From positions 38,688,001-38,752,000 of the forward strand of contig NC_043002.1 in the NCBI RefSeq assembly GCF_006345805.1: a stretch of 64,000 nucleotides of DNA. The letters are read 5' to 3'. This document shows, piece after piece, positions 1 to 14,725 of the stretch (within the stretch, counting starts at the first letter, position 1; every line of letters begins with the position of its first letter). Both the position numbers and the translations under genes were made by a program. The notes under the pieces are model-generated. The model was not told the DNA's origin. It worked only from the letters and a program-made list of their open reading frames with translations, and did not search any database. Origin of the DNA: Octopus sinensis (lineage: Eukaryota).

Positions 1-247
1 TTCTATCATATTTCTCTTTGGTTGCATACGTTTATAGACACCAACAACTCAATGTTCTTCTTGCGATTTGATGCGAATGTATGCAAGTTTAAATATATAA
101 CCACATATACACATATACATACATGCATGTTCATACATACACACAAATATATATAAATACACATATGTAAATATACATGCAGAGATCTATATATGTATGT
201 ATATATATGTGTGTGTGTGGTGTGTGTATGTGTGTGTATCTATATAC

Positions 248-366
<119 letters not shown>

Positions 367-426
367 GGAGTAAACACATAAATTTTTTTTTTCTGCTGCT
401 TTAAATAAAGTATATATATATATATA

Positions 427-640
427 ACGGGAAGCTTTATGAAAATAAACAAAAGACGAAGGCAGGTGGAATACAAACAAACAATTGTATTAGTATGGCG
501 CTCAGGAATATAAATAAAACAAGTCTTTTACGTTTCGAGCCTACGCTCTTCAACAGAAAGATACACAGAAAAGAAACACGGAGAGAAACAAGGAGAGAAA
601 AATATGCGTGCAGAAGCTAGCGAATCAACATGGCGATCTC
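427..640 (-). mobile_element. Non-autonomous PLE-terminus-like repeat with non-canonical mini-hammerhead (524-561)
   Basis: Minus strand TCTTT-CTGTTGA-A.GAGC(GTAG)GCTC-GAAA-CGT-A-AAAGA; sits between (TA)n tracts; related copies at ~30920, ~40480, ~61270. Confidence 0.55.
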
Positions 641-678
641 ATATATATATATGTGTGTGTGTGGTGTGTGTGTGTGTG

Positions 679-717
<39 letters not shown>

Positions 718-1934
718 TATATAAATACATATACATACATCTATCTCCTCTTCCTACTGCTATCACATACATGACCAGCGGCCAGTTTCTGTTTTCCTGC
801 CTTTCTTAGACTGGTCCTTTAGCTGACTAGTCGTATATTATGTCTCTCCGTTTTCCATCTTTCCAAACATTTTCTGACCGTTACCCACTATTTTCGTCTC
901 CTTGGTCCCGAAACCGTTTTTGCTCAACTGTTCTTCCTCGTCCACTGCCCTAAATCACACTACGTATCATTTTGCTTGTTTTGTATTGTTTTGTTTGCTC
1001 TTATCCCTAATTCTACGCCAGAAAACAGTTGGGAAGCACTTAGTCTTATCGTTAAAGGTGCGAAACTTAGCAATACCATTGAACGATAACTGATTAAGAA
1101 TTTTGAAACTTGTTTGTCTCCCGTTCGTTTGTACATTCAGTATACGTTACGTCGTTTCTTTAAGCATTTCTCATTTATCAGATAAAGTAACGCAACAACA
1201 CTGTGTTTGTATTGAGAAGTACGAAGAGAAGGCGTGGAGCAAAGAAGGTGTGATTGTTACGGCAACAATGCCTATCGAATAACGAAGATTCAACACACTA
1301 ATACGATCAAGTAAAAGATAGATGAACAATATCTATATGGTTATATAAGTTTCGTAAGTGCATTGCAAGAAACTCCTTTGCATTTCTGTCGGTTATGTGC
1401 TTTGCAGCCGATTACAATATAAGCGTAACCAAAGATGTATATGTGCTTTTAACATGTGTCGTCTTTATTTCTTTTCTTGTTAGCTCTTCGTTAACTGTTG
1501 CTCTTCTTCGATAATATACACAGCAATCTAGTTGTTTTTCTTTTCCTATTTCCGGCGTATAATTCATTGTGCAGTAACTTTATGGCTAAATATGTGTGTG
1601 TACGTGCATATCTATATATATGTATGCGTGTGTATGTGTGTGTGTGCACGTGTGTTTACATTTTTACGGCCATCTTTCGACAATTTGTTTACCTGTTGTA
1701 ATAATGCACGTTGTCCACTGTCCGTCCCTTATTTCCCCTCGTTTCATTTGTACTGTTTTACTCATATATATATATATATATATACTTATTTTATCGAGCC
1801 CGAAACGATGAAAGGCAAAATCGACCACGTCGGTATTCAAACGTAAAGATGGACGAAATCCCGCAAAGCATTTTGTCTGACTTGCTATCCATTTTGCCTG
1901 CGTTACATGCACGTCGTAGTAGTAGTAGTAGTAT

Positions 1935-1978
<44 letters not shown>

Positions 1979-3735
1979 ATGATGTTGATCATGATGATGA
2001 TGGTTGGGGTGGGGTGATGATAATAATTATATATTCTTAAAAAAGACAAGACATGAAATGAAGCAGAGAGTGTTTAAGCGATTACATCAACTCCGGCATT
2101 TTATTGACTCTGGTGTTTTGTACCAGAACTATCTTTATTAGTACTTCATCATATTGACTTTGGTTGCATAAAATGTAAGACTGAACTCGACAAGATTTGG
2201 ACATAGAATGTGAAGAGCTAGACTAAAACGGCAAGTGATGCACCGCGCCCCACTGATTCTGCCGCTCAATATAATCATCGGAAATGGGTAAAAAAAATGA
2301 CTTGAAGAATCGATCCTGTTAATAAAGATGACCAACAATAGTGGAAGTATTTAATCAATAATTTTAAAATATCCTCTTTCTTACAGAGGCTAGTTTATGC
2401 AGGAAGACTAAAATATAATTTGTCAAGCTAATGACTGAAGAAAGTATTTACATGGAAAATAAAATAACATAACATGGCGATCGACATTTCCCTTCTACTT
2501 TTCTTGTAGTTAAGTCGAAACAAACAAGTATATATTGCTAAAAATAGACTGTACACCAGTTGACTGGAAGACTGCTTCAGAACATTGTAAATATAATGAA
2601 TATACGGCTAAATTGTTTTTAATTTATATAATAATTAGTAACGGTTTTTAACTGTGACATGAGGCCACAAACCCAGTGGGAAAATAATATTGATTCAAAG
2701 GACGCCATAAACTTGATTGTTAAAAATGACTGAAATTACTTTCATTTTTATTTTTATTTACACAGGCAAGAAAATTGTGGTTGCCTGGAGGTGAATGTAT
2801 ATCAAACAGAGGTACTTAATGTAATATTAACTCGAATTTAAAACACATTCAGAGTGAAATATCTCAGAATATAGAAGAGAAAAGGAATGTATACATACAA
2901 TACATATATTAAAACATTACGCTTGTTTAAATTTTGTGTGGCTTTAAAACTCAACCTATTTTCAAAACACTAAGTTTGAAAGAGAATACATAGCTAGTTT
3001 GTTTGACATTTTGTGTATCTTAAGAAGATCGTCTATATTTAAAACAGTAAGTTGAAAATTGTGTCTATATTAAACCAGTGCCTACGTTAAAGTACGTGAA
3101 TATCGTATTTAAAATATCGATGTTTAAAATAGAGTGTAGCTTTAATATATTGTGTAGATTTAAATCTGCATTTTAATATCTGTGATATGGTATGTTATTT
3201 TCGTCGATAATCGTGCATGTAGTGTCAAAAATTGGGGTTGTTTTCTCTAGCAACAAACTGTGTTCTTAGCAAATTCATTATATTTCCGTCGATTCGGTAG
3301 TCTGTTTTTGCGTCCTGTTCGCACACTGCGATGATGAGATGCTAACTTCTGTCTTCTTTTTAACTATGTTTTTTTTTTCATTTTTTTTAAATATGTATTT
3401 GTGATCTGATAGGTCTGGCATAATCCATGAAGGACCTAACTATTGTTTTACATTATTGTTGCTTCCTTCTGTTGCTAGTTAAGAAAATTATTGAGTAAAC
3501 CTAAAAGTCTCTCAAAACAACAAACGAGAGGTCTTTTCGGTCTGCTAAGATAATGCGACCAGTGGAAATAATGAAAATTCACCACACAAAAACGATCAAG
3601 AAAAAATTACAAGGATTTCTTAAAACGTGTCCTTCTCAAATTGATATGCGCCATCAAACGGTTAGATTAGTGACGTCCCACAGGCTTCAGTAACGGAAGC
3701 AGAAGAAACAAAGTTTTAATATTATTGGAGTCCAA

Positions 3736-3950
3736 GGCTATGAGCTGGCAGAATCGTTAGCACACTGGGAAAAATGCTTAGCAGTATTTTGTCCGTCTTT
3801 ACGTTCTGAGTTCAAATTCCGTTGAGGTAGACTTTGCCTTTCATCCTTCCGGAGTCGACAAAATAGGTACAAGTTTCGCAGTGGGGTCGATGTAATTGAA
3901 TTAACCCTTTCTTCGAAATATCTGGCCTTGTACCAAAATTTGAGACCAGT
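3736..3950 (+). mobile_element. SINE family B (other fragments at ~1782-1900 -, 17160-17330 +, 51080-51560 -, 59040-59400 +)
   Basis: GAGCTGGCAGAATCGTTAGC..GTTCAAATTCC..CTTTGCCTTTCATCCTTCCGGAGTCGAC. Confidence 0.8.
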
Positions 3951-6900
3951 ATATTGCTAGAGCGTCGCCACCTTTGTATTTGTGCGACCTACTGCAGTTA
4001 GTGACGTTTTTAATTTCTGACAAATAATTTCTAGAGGGAAATAAATCAATTCCTAAACAAGAACATTTAGTCATCTCCAGTGTCACGATGTGATTAATTA
4101 GGAACATTTCATTAACGGGTTTTCTTGATAAATAATTTTCATACGTTCATTGCTCTTGTACTTAACAATGATTCGGCAGTATTTGATTCGTCGGTTTTAA
4201 TTTGGTTTATTCTTTTGTTCTTTGTTTTGTGAGTGTTTTATTCTTCTTCGTGTGTTCGCGTTATTTTGCTCTCATCACTGTTTAGTTGATACTGGTAGAA
4301 TTGCTGTTGATTGGTGGTTGCTTCTATTATCTTGTGATAGAAGATTGGCAAACATTGTTCAGAAATGCCTAATGTGGTTTTAAAAATAGTAGAACCATCA
4401 GCAGCAGCAGTTAATTTCATTTTCTAGCTCCAGACCGATCATACGAAGTATTGTCAGTGATGTATATTTTTAAAAGATTTTTCACATATTGCAGAGTGGT
4501 CACAGAAATATCTATTAATAGAAACTGTCCTTTTTTCTTTTCTTTTCTATCACTAACAACTAACCACAGAGATACATAAAGAAAATCTTGGAACATTCTT
4601 GCTTAAAACAAACATTATTTAGATTTTCTGCTATCACGTAAACTTAATGCTAACATTTCCACTTGATATATTCCAGATAACTTTAATTATATTGATTTTA
4701 TATGCATTACACTCTGGTATAAGTCGCTCGTTGTTAGATTTTTATGGCAGAATATCGATGCAAGATTGCCGTCGTCAGAAATATCTAACATTAACATTTG
4801 CCAACTTGCTAAAATGGCGGTGCTTGTGACTCGTGACAGGGCTTCAAATTGAAGACGTTAGGACCGAATTGAAGCATCGGCGAGGAAATGTGTTTGCTCT
4901 TTCAATAGATTCTCCCAAAGGGATGTGATCACTCAGACCAAGGAAAATATGTTCCATGATAGAAGCATCGCTACATTTCCTTATATATAATTCTGTAACA
5001 TCTACCTTCTGTAATTTGTAATAATGTGTATTCTTTATATATATTTTATCCTAGGAATTGATTTCTAAAGTGTATGAGAAATAACTGAAGCTAAATAGAA
5101 TTACACATACTGTCTAATGGCCCGTTGAATTAAAGAGAAGTTCTAATATATTAATGTTCCTTGGTGCACTGAAAAATTGGGCAATGATTTAGGTTTCTGC
5201 GGAAGGCAATTTTAGATTGCGTTCGTCAGGAGATAAAATTATGTCTTAAATTATAAATTACTAATACATTGGTAGTGATGCTGCGAAACTTAAGAATAAA
5301 GTGGGTTGAAAGGTGTAATGGCTGTGTAGCAACAGAACATTTATAATACATATATATATATATATGTGTGTGTGTATATGTTTATGCAAGTGGATGGAGG
5401 TTTACGCATACCAAAAGATATACGTGTATGAAAATAAATCAGTTTAGTGCACCTAGATGTCTACCTTGATATATTTGTTCTATAACATTGTCCTTATTTA
5501 CATATGCATATCATTAATTCTGGTTTCTTCTTGTGGCATTTTAAATTCGGAGATTTAGGAGTTTGCAATCTGTTAATATGAGTTTAACTTTCGTTTGAAA
5601 GTTAATATATGTATATTAATTTTCCTAGGTGATGCAGTTGCGTATTTGAAACTCACAATTTAGTTCACTTGCCTCTCAAACTATTTAAGAATAAGTAAAG
5701 TAGTTATCGAGATCAAGATGATATATACTAATCACTAGTGATTCTATGATCTTATCTCATAAACACATGAATCGTTAAAAACTAATAGATGTATCTCATA
5801 TTTCAACAGAAACAAGTGAGAAATAAAACATTTGTGCAGCCATACACTATAATAAATTTCACATATATGAGGTGTATGTCTGTGCCTGGGTACGTATGAG
5901 TTTCTGGGTTTACATGTACCTGCATATATCTACATCTATATGTGCGTATGCGTTTGTGTGTATGCGTACGATCGTAGGTAGGGAAGTATTAAGAAAGAAA
6001 GACTTGGTGAAAATTTTCTTTCCCACTTCTTCATATGTATAGGCGGTCGAAATGATTAGCGTTCCCATTCAGTTGCAGCCAGTCGTTCAAACATAGAAGT
6101 TTTACAACTCTGCACTTTTCCTCTTTGTTCACACTGATATTTTAAAACCTGAAGTTTTAAAAGTTGGGCACTGAAACTACACAACTTTGCTTTTCACTTT
6201 CTGTCACCTTTGCAGTTAATATTGTCACTGACCAACACTAGTTTCCTTGAACTTACTTTATCTGTCTATATATCTGTCTGTTTATCTGTCTATCTATCTA
6301 TATGTATATCTCTCTATCTATTTATCTATCTGTATATACACACACACACGCACGCACACACACACACGCACACACAGAGTTAGTGGTCTAAGGTGAACTT
6401 AAACGTATATATTCATTCATCTTTTATTATATCCTTTCTTGCACTTTTTTATGTATTCTCTCTTTCCACTCTGTATCTCTCTTATGCTTGTTATCCCAGA
6501 CTCTTTTTTCCTTAATTTCTCTCTTTTTCATCAGTTCTCTTTAGTGATCTCTAACTTAACTCTTTGAAAAACATAACGCATGTATTATTTTTTGCTTCTT
6601 TTATTTGAAAATAGACGAATATGAAATATATATATATTTACATATATATATATATATACATATACGTATATACATATATATATATATCCGGTTGCGGTAC
6701 TTGCTCGGTTTTCCATGATTTTTTGTCGCCACATAACTTTATTTATAATTGAATTGGGAGCTTTAGTTCTGAGTATTTCATTAGCTGATTACGCAACCAT
6801 GAACGCCGCTCCTTCATATGTGTTGCAGTTATACTCCGTAATAAAGCTTTGTGATCCTGACTTTTGGTGTAGGATTTCTTTGTCCAGCATCATTATGTGA

Positions 6901-7428
6901 AGCACCGTCGGCCCAATTACCCTGGGCTCTTAACCTGCCTTTCACAATCCGCCCAGCTGCAGTCGGATGACTTCGCAGAGTGGCTGACCAGGGACTATGC
7001 CTTGCCAAAGGGCAGGCGTAACTATGCAGGGTAGAGCCGTCACTCCGTAAGGTACTTTTAAAGTACCCGCATTCCCTATCAACGTATTATGCTTGTTTCA
7101 GTAGAGTGACTTTTAGGACCAATCTTAAAAGGATGGCAAGCTACCAACGGTAGAACAGGCCTGAAGCAACCAATAATTATGGGAAGTGTTTCAAAAGAAG
7201 TAAAATTAATATCGCTTATGAGAAACTGGACTAATAACCATAAAACACCGTTAGACAAAATAAGATTTTAAAAGAATTACGATAACACATTTATCGGGTG
7301 GTACATGAAGTAAATTCAACAAGACAGATATCGGAAGAACAAACACACACACACGTACACACACACACACACAAGCACGCATGTATGTATAAACATACCA
7401 GCATATATATTTATATATATATGAACAT

Positions 7429-7459
<31 letters not shown>

Positions 7460-7470
7460 TATAGATAGAT

Positions 7471-7564
<94 letters not shown>

Positions 7565-7817
7565 AATATGCAAACGCAAACATATTTCTTCCAGCAAAAT
7601 GTACTCTAAACATAACCAAAATGTAGCAACTGATTTATTAGTTTTCCGGCACCAAACTTCATAGTTATTCTAATGTCTAAAATAACAAATTTCATTCCTT
7701 TACACAAAGAAAAAGATAAGAAATAAAGAAGCAAAAATCAAAGCAGAAAATAATTTTGTTAACTCCTACTTTGGCACCAGAACAATGACATTTTTCCTTT
7801 ATTCTAAATGTTGTGAT

Positions 7818-8531
7818 ACGAACGTATCTCTTCCCCCTTGATTCTTTCGAAGCATTTCTCTTGGCATTACTGCAATAAAAAGTGTGATTTATTTAAAAAG
7901 CGAACGAATTACTTCCCGTTCGGTAAGGTACTCGTTTAGAACCGAGCAACATATTTCTTGGGGTTCCGCTGAGTTTTAGTCTAGGCTACTTTTCCAAGAT
8001 TATAAAGGTTTGACTCTATTCCATCTATTTTTATTGTTGCTGCTGCTGTTGTTGTTGTTGTTGTTGTTATTGTTGCTATTTTTGTTGTTGTTGTTTTCAT
8101 CTTATTTGATATACAGAAAGTGTGTCTAAAGCCAGATGGAGACGTCGATCTCCTGGGGCTAAATAGCTACAGTAACGAACGTATCTCTTCCCCCTTGATT
8201 CTTTCGAAGCATTTCTCTTGGCATTACTGCAATAAAAAGTGTGATTTATTTAAAAAGCGAACGAATTACTTCCCGTTCGGTAAGGTACTCGTTTAGAACC
8301 GAGCAACATATTTCTTGGGGTTCCGCTGAGTTTTAGTCTAGGCTACTTTTCCAAGATTATAAAGGTTTGACTCTATTCCATCTATTTTTATTGTTGCTGC
8401 GGCTGTTGTTGTTGTTGTTGTTGTTATTGTTGCTATTTTTGTTGTTGTTGTTTTCATCTTATTTGATATACAGAAAGTGTGTCTAAAGCCAGATGGAGAC
8501 GTCGATCTCCTGGGGCTAAATAGCTACAGTA
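7818..8531. repeat. Near-perfect 357-bp tandem duplication
   Basis: ACGAACGTATCTC...GCTACAGTA at 7818-8174 and 8175-8531; about one substitution seen. Confidence 0.95.
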
Positions 8532-9208
8532 ACACCCCCTCTTTGTGGTTGGCCATGTTGAGATGGCTTTTATACTTTACGTTGTTGATCGGCTACTGTT
8601 TACATCTCGCTCTGTGATTTAATAATGCTTACAGTCAGTTTTTCGAAATCAGTGGCAGACGTCACTAGAAAAACTCTTATATATTTGCAAAGCAAACCTT
8701 GCCTTTCATCGTGACCTGGTGGTTACCGCCCGTTGATAAGAGACAATAATCTCGAAACCGCGGTCCGGTGCGTATCACTAAGGCTTACGAGGAAGGGATG
8801 GCTTCCCTTTGCAAATACCTGAAGGGCACATAAGGTGTGTCTAAAGCAAGCTGGAGACGTCTATCTCCTGGGGCTAAATAGCTACAGTAACACCCCCCAC
8901 TTTGTGGCTGGCCATGTTGATTCAGTGACAGTTTTCTTACAACCATCTCAAAACAATGAGAGAGTCAAGCAGCACCGTGAGAGTTCTTCTTTGAGCATGA
9001 TAAACTAGCAAGAAACAGCAACCAGATCTCCCTCAAATCACTTTCTACTCTCTTTAAAAGAAGGATTCATTTATGCGTGCGGGGACGCGTGGAGCTTTAG
9101 GTGTTTTCGCTCAATAAACACTCACAACGCCCAGTCTTGGAATCGAAACCGCGATCCTACGACCGTGAGTCCGCTGCCCAAACCACTGGGCCGTTGCGCC
9201 TCCACATA

Positions 9209-9249
<41 letters not shown>

Positions 9250-9627
9250 ATATATATATATATTATATATATATATATATATAATATATGAGATAGATAG
9301 ATAGATAGATAGAGATACAAGATGCTCGGGTAACCTACTGAGTCAACGAGAGTCACGTGCCACTAAGGGATGTTCACTCAACTTGCCAGAAATAGCAGCC
9401 AGATCTCACTCAAATTATTCTCTAACAAAGAATGACACATTGTAGAGTGTTGATCTAGTAGTATATAAAATTAAAAGATGGGCATAGCAGCAAATCCTAT
9501 GCTCAGAGTAGAAACCAACAAACAAAAAGTATTAATAGACAGTGTTTCATGTTTCCTTATATAGTTTCTAAATGTTTATGACTTGTGTAATATATTGTGA
9601 CATGGTGGCACCAAATGAATTTAGTTA

Positions 9628-10015
9628 AGGGTCCAATTCCAATGCGTAGCACCTTGGGAGAGTGTCTCCTACTATAGCCCCGAGCCGACCAAAGCTTTGT
9701 AAAGTCATTGAGTAGACGGAAACTGAAAGTCGTTATATATACATATGTGTGTGTGTGTTTGCGTGTATGTATGTTGTGCGTGTGTTTGTGTGCGTATGCA
9801 TACATATATGTATATATATCTATGTATATATGTCTGTGTTTGTGTTTGTTCCCTACCAGCGTTTGAGAACTGCTGTTGGTTTGTTAACGTCTCTGTAACT
9901 TAACGCTTAAATACCAGAATTAAACAGAGTATACTCGACTCGATTTCTTCGACTATAACGTTTATTTCGTTGCTCAAGCATGGCCGACGTCCAATGACTG
10001 GAAAAACTAAAAGAT
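9628..10015 (+). mobile_element. SINE family A, diverged
   Basis: Core and tail similarity to 20171-20579. Confidence 0.75.
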
Positions 10016-10983
10016 AAACGATATTATACTCACAATTTCCTCACTTATTTCAGAGATAATTCATAAACCACATTTCACCAGAAAGATAATTCAGTTTATT
10101 AATATCGAACATAGCAATGTATCACATTAGAATTTGATGTTTACAACAGGAATTAAACCCCTTGAATATTAACAGATTATTTTTATCTTCGCAAATATCC
10201 TACTTTCTTCACAGATAATTCCAAAGTCATTTAGCGCTAGCACAATAATGTGTTCTGCTAAGGTTGAGCATTGCGAACTGTGACACTTCGATTGAATATT
10301 TCCAGCAAAATTTAACACTGTTGAATATTAACAAATTATTTTATCGTTACAAATATCTCGCTTTTTTCACAGATAACTCTGTCACTTAGCGATATCAGGC
10401 GAAGTTATTTGCATAATGTCCAACATAGCTAGTTGTCACATCTTGAACGGAATAGGATGTCTCCAAAAGAAATTATTACTAATAACTTATTTCCCTTAGA
10501 ATTAGATTTGATTGACATAACTTGTATTTTATCATCATTAATGTTTTTGTTATTGTTATTGTTGTTATTGCTTGTGTTGATACTTCCGTTGTTGGTTGTA
10601 ATAAATTGCCCTACGTTTGTATTTGGTTCTTTTATGTACTTAGTCCAAATCTCGCTCAGTTATACTTTGCCGCTTCTTCTTCCGATTTTTGATAACAGGA
10701 ACACTAATTTTTTAGATTTAGCCTCGTAAATAACGAACGTTCATTAAAAAAAAATCTGTCTTACATGAATCAGTGATATGTGAATAATAGAAAATATGAG
10801 AAAAGTAGTTTTCCTTCCGAGACCCCAAGTTGTACTGAGCATTGTAGATTGTCGTTGTGACGCGCTTTTGTGGCCCAAGTAGAATCGTTGACTGGGTGCA
10901 GATCCGTGTTATCACAGATCAATTCGTGATAAGCGTAACACAGTTCATTGTGAGCGTACCGTGTTATCCCCGATGAATGTATA

Positions 10984-11014
10984 GGCGGTAACTGACCGCC
11001 GGTCTATTCACTAG
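10984..11014 (+). mobile_element. Candidate Helitron 3' terminus
   Basis: GGCGGT(AACTG)ACCGCC hairpin, 10-nt spacer, CTAG followed by T. Confidence 0.5.
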
Positions 11015-11037
11015 TAGTAGTAACAGAAGTAGTAGTA

Positions 11038-11089
<52 letters not shown>

Positions 11090-12300
11090 CAAACGATCAG
11101 CAGAGGCTGTCAGCTACTCTCCTGTTATTTCTGAGTTCAATGTTCGACGTTGCCTTTTGTCTTTCCAGTGAGAACGAACTGTGAGTCAGCCATACTTACT
11201 AAATCAATACTAGTAGCAATGTTCCTCGCGATTTACATTTGCGATGTCCGTAGTGTTGGTAGATATGTGGGTGTGGCCGCTTGTTGTTGTTTAGCCCGAA
11301 TCGAGCAAAGCTACGTTCACAGGCGTTCTAACCACAGCCGTCCCATCTGGATTTTTCTGATATATTTTGCCTACAGTATTGTATATGAGATAGAAGGGAG
11401 TGGCAGAAGGGGGGAATTTGAGGGAAGCGCGCCTGCTATTTCTAGCTCCATCATTGGTACGTATTGCTGATGCTGTTCTTGATCGAGTTGGCTTAAGATT
11501 AATAGCATTCCGATCGCGACTATCCTGTTTTCAATTTGGCATGAGTGACTTGGGACTACACGTCCCACTTGACTTTTCTAAATGCTAGAATGTGTTTTGC
11601 GGGCAATAGTGAAATCGACATTTTGTGACATCGTCATTGTTTCATGTTCATGCTGATACCAGTATTTTATTGCTGTTTAGCCCTTGGCCAACCCCTGATC
11701 AACCAAATCTAAAGTTTAAGATTTTTGAGAAGTGATCCCCCCATCATTTTCGTAGCAATCATAAACCCCGATCAATGTTATCCAACAAGCATGTTTTATC
11801 ACGAGTGTTGGTTTTTGCCTATGGCTACCATTTCTTGCAATTCAAGTGGCCACGTAGAGGCTCATTCATAGGTCCACTTAAAGCTCATTGTTGTTGTTAT
11901 TGTTGAAGGAAGTTACCGCTGTTTTTGACATATTTAACGGGTTTGTTTTCTTTGCTATTTATATTCTTGTTCACGATGGTGATGACGGCAACGACGACGA
12001 CGGTCGTGGGGGCGATGTTTTTTGAACGTAAACATATCTATAAATATAATTTTTCTACCCCCACAACCCCGTCCGATAATTCCATTGATGCCTGGAGGAA
12101 AAATAACATTCGACAAGCACTTCAGAATGGAACCATTATTGACCTTAATCCTTTCACAGCATACGCGCACACATATACGCATAAATATCTAAGCACATTT
12201 ACATACATTCACGCATATACATACACACACACACTCACACACACATATGCATATATATGTATATACAATATATATATATATGCATATATATATGTATATG

Positions 12301-12369
<69 letters not shown>

Positions 12370-12395
12370 GTATATATATATATACACATACATAC

Positions 12396-12426
<31 letters not shown>

Positions 12427-12457
12427 CACATACATACATATATATATATATACATAC

Positions 12458-12503
<46 letters not shown>

Positions 12504-13581
12504 CGATAACGCATGCACTCACGTGCACGTCCAGTACTGGATCATTATCACCTCCAATGTACAAACGATAATCGAACAACAAGCGAATGGTAATTCTTTT
12601 ATTGTTATTTTTTATTTTCCATTTTTTTCTGTGCTTTTTATTTATTCGTTATTACTTTTTTTTTTCAATCTGCAAAATCTATTTATTTATCGTATAATGG
12701 ATTTACGATATGGCTTTTCTTTCAACACCCTGTCTGTCTGTTTGTCTGTCTATCTGATTTTCTAACTAATTATGTTTCCCATTTTGTGTGTGTGTGTGTG
12801 TGTGTCTTTCTTTTTCACTCAGTCTCCTTACCTTTCATTATTTTTAAGTTAACGGAATAACTAAAAAATATTTTGCAAAAAAACATTATTATTATTTGGG
12901 TGTTTTCGAATTATTATTTTAAACCGCTCTATTTTTCTATTTTTCTACACCAACCAACCAATGCACAATCTTGTTTTCGCTTGTTTCCTCTCTTTTCTTT
13001 TCCCCACCCCTCGCCAGAACGGTGTAAGGCTATAGTTTACTGCTGAAGTCAAACAAGACCGAAAGTTAACTAAAGTTGTCTCCCCTATTTACCAGAAAAG
13101 TGAGAATTTTACATATCACTAACTAACATAATGTTTCTCGCTGCATATGTATTTCTATCAGTTTCATTATTTTCACATCAAAATTTGTATTAACACGGTA
13201 AATATTGATGGTCTGTTCTCTTTGTTGTTTGTGGCATCCTGTTAAATGCTGTTATAAAACCGTCATCTGTCTCTTGGTTGTCTTTAGTGCAATCTTTTCT
13301 GTTGTAAGATACCACGGTCTAAAAAAATAACATGGCACCTTAACACCATGATGCCTACAGCAGCAAACATGGCACGTGTTTTTTTATGCTCTGTTTCCAT
13401 AAGTCTTCAAGTTCCTACAAAGGAGCTGTATGTGAATATCCTTCCTCCTCTGGTTAAGCCATAAAATAGACAGAATGTGTTCTTCAGTTTTCTTACTGTA
13501 GTTGTTATTTGGTTTTGTGTCTCATTTCTGATCAAACCGACTTATAATCAAAGGTATTCAGCCATTTAACTATATATATAT

Positions 13582-13613
<32 letters not shown>

Positions 13614-13624
13614 AAATAATAATA

Positions 13625-13925
13625 ATAATACAAAATGGGACAAGAACGCAAAACATTCACATAGACAACACAAAAAACGGACGGGTCATTCGAAGCCACT
13701 AATCTTCAGTCAAGAACCGGATCATCCTCGCAATTTCGGCTGATTAATCTTGAGATCGCTCCGATCAGGCCAGCCCCAAGGAAAAACTAAGCTACGAGCA
13801 TTAGATTTCTTGGAAAAAGGATTGAATGTATACGAAACAAAGACAGAAAAACGGTCGATGTCACACGAATATAAATACAAAAAACAATAATAATAACAGG
13901 ACAAAAACAACAACAACAACAAGTG
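13625..13925 (-). mobile_element. Dispersed non-coding repeat, second copy at ~28170-28500 (+)
   Basis: Shared block AATCTAATGCTCGTAGCTTAGTTTTTCCTTGGGGCTGGCC...GATTAATCAGCCGAAATTGCGAGGATGATC...GGTTCTTGACTGAAGA...GGCTTCGAATGACCCGT; both copies abut TA/TAA microsatellites. Confidence 0.7.
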
Positions 13926-14009
13926 TCTTACGACTTTAGACAGTTCAACTTAGCTTAGCTGGCGTATTTGGAAAATAATGCCTTACTGCAGATATATGTA
14001 TACATATAT

Positions 14010-14725
14010 ATACAGATTGCAAGGGGTATTTGAGGACATTTAATTATAAGCATATTACTCTCTTCTAAATAATTAGGATTTTTAAAACTTGTTTCAAATC
14101 CGCCAAAGTAGATAAAATGCTAACACAAGAAATGAAAAGACATGCAATCATTGTCACTCTATGTGGAGAATACTGCAATTTAGATATTGCCAACTTTCTA
14201 AATGATGCAAGACCTTTTGTACATAAAATTTCAGATGGAATTGGAAGTCTCTGGCAGAAGCGTTTCATCTGTATCAACAACACACAAAAAGAACCCTAAA
14301 TGTTCTCACACTATAGAAAAGACTCGCAATTCGTCCAACGCGTCCAAAATCTTATCGCTGATGATCCTAGATAATCAATGAAAGCCATCACCAGGGAATA
14401 TCAGGTGCCGGAGTGGACAGTCAGAACTACAGTGAATGAGAACATTCGATACAAGTCTAATGTCTAATGTACAAGTCTAATGAAAAGACCAATTTCTGTC
14501 TACAAAGACAGAAAAACTATTTGGACCGTGTCAATCAGTTACTTAGCAACGTTAAAAACCCTCACGAACATGATATACTTTGGCTCTTCTTTAATGAGAA
14601 AAACTTCGACTAGGGTCAGATGTCTAACAGGAGAAATGACGGATGGTTATGTACAGATCTTTCTGATCCCGGAATGATGCACTCTAAGTTTCCAGCGACT
14701 GTGATGACTTAGGTGTAATGAGTAA
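14010..14725 (+). mobile_element. 5' half of a decayed maT-like (DD37D-type) Tc1/mariner element
   Basis: Translated remnants MKRHAIIV..NLDIANFL, FNEKNFD, RRNDGWLCTD, MHSKFPATVM; stops and frameshifts. Confidence 0.75.

Noticed and set aside
2387-2795. Possible plus-strand small exons (after TTCTTACAG at ~2386 and TTTACACAG at ~2765)
   Set aside because: Splice-like motifs are common in AT-rich DNA and the peptides are too short to recognise.
6900-7130. GC-richer structured segment, possible LINE 5' UTR or ncRNA
   Set aside because: Only short hairpins, no second copy in the window and no recognisable motif.
9075-9203. tRNA gene
   Set aside because: A/B-box-like head without a complete cloverleaf, continuing into a body shared with 23408-23678; it is a SINE head.
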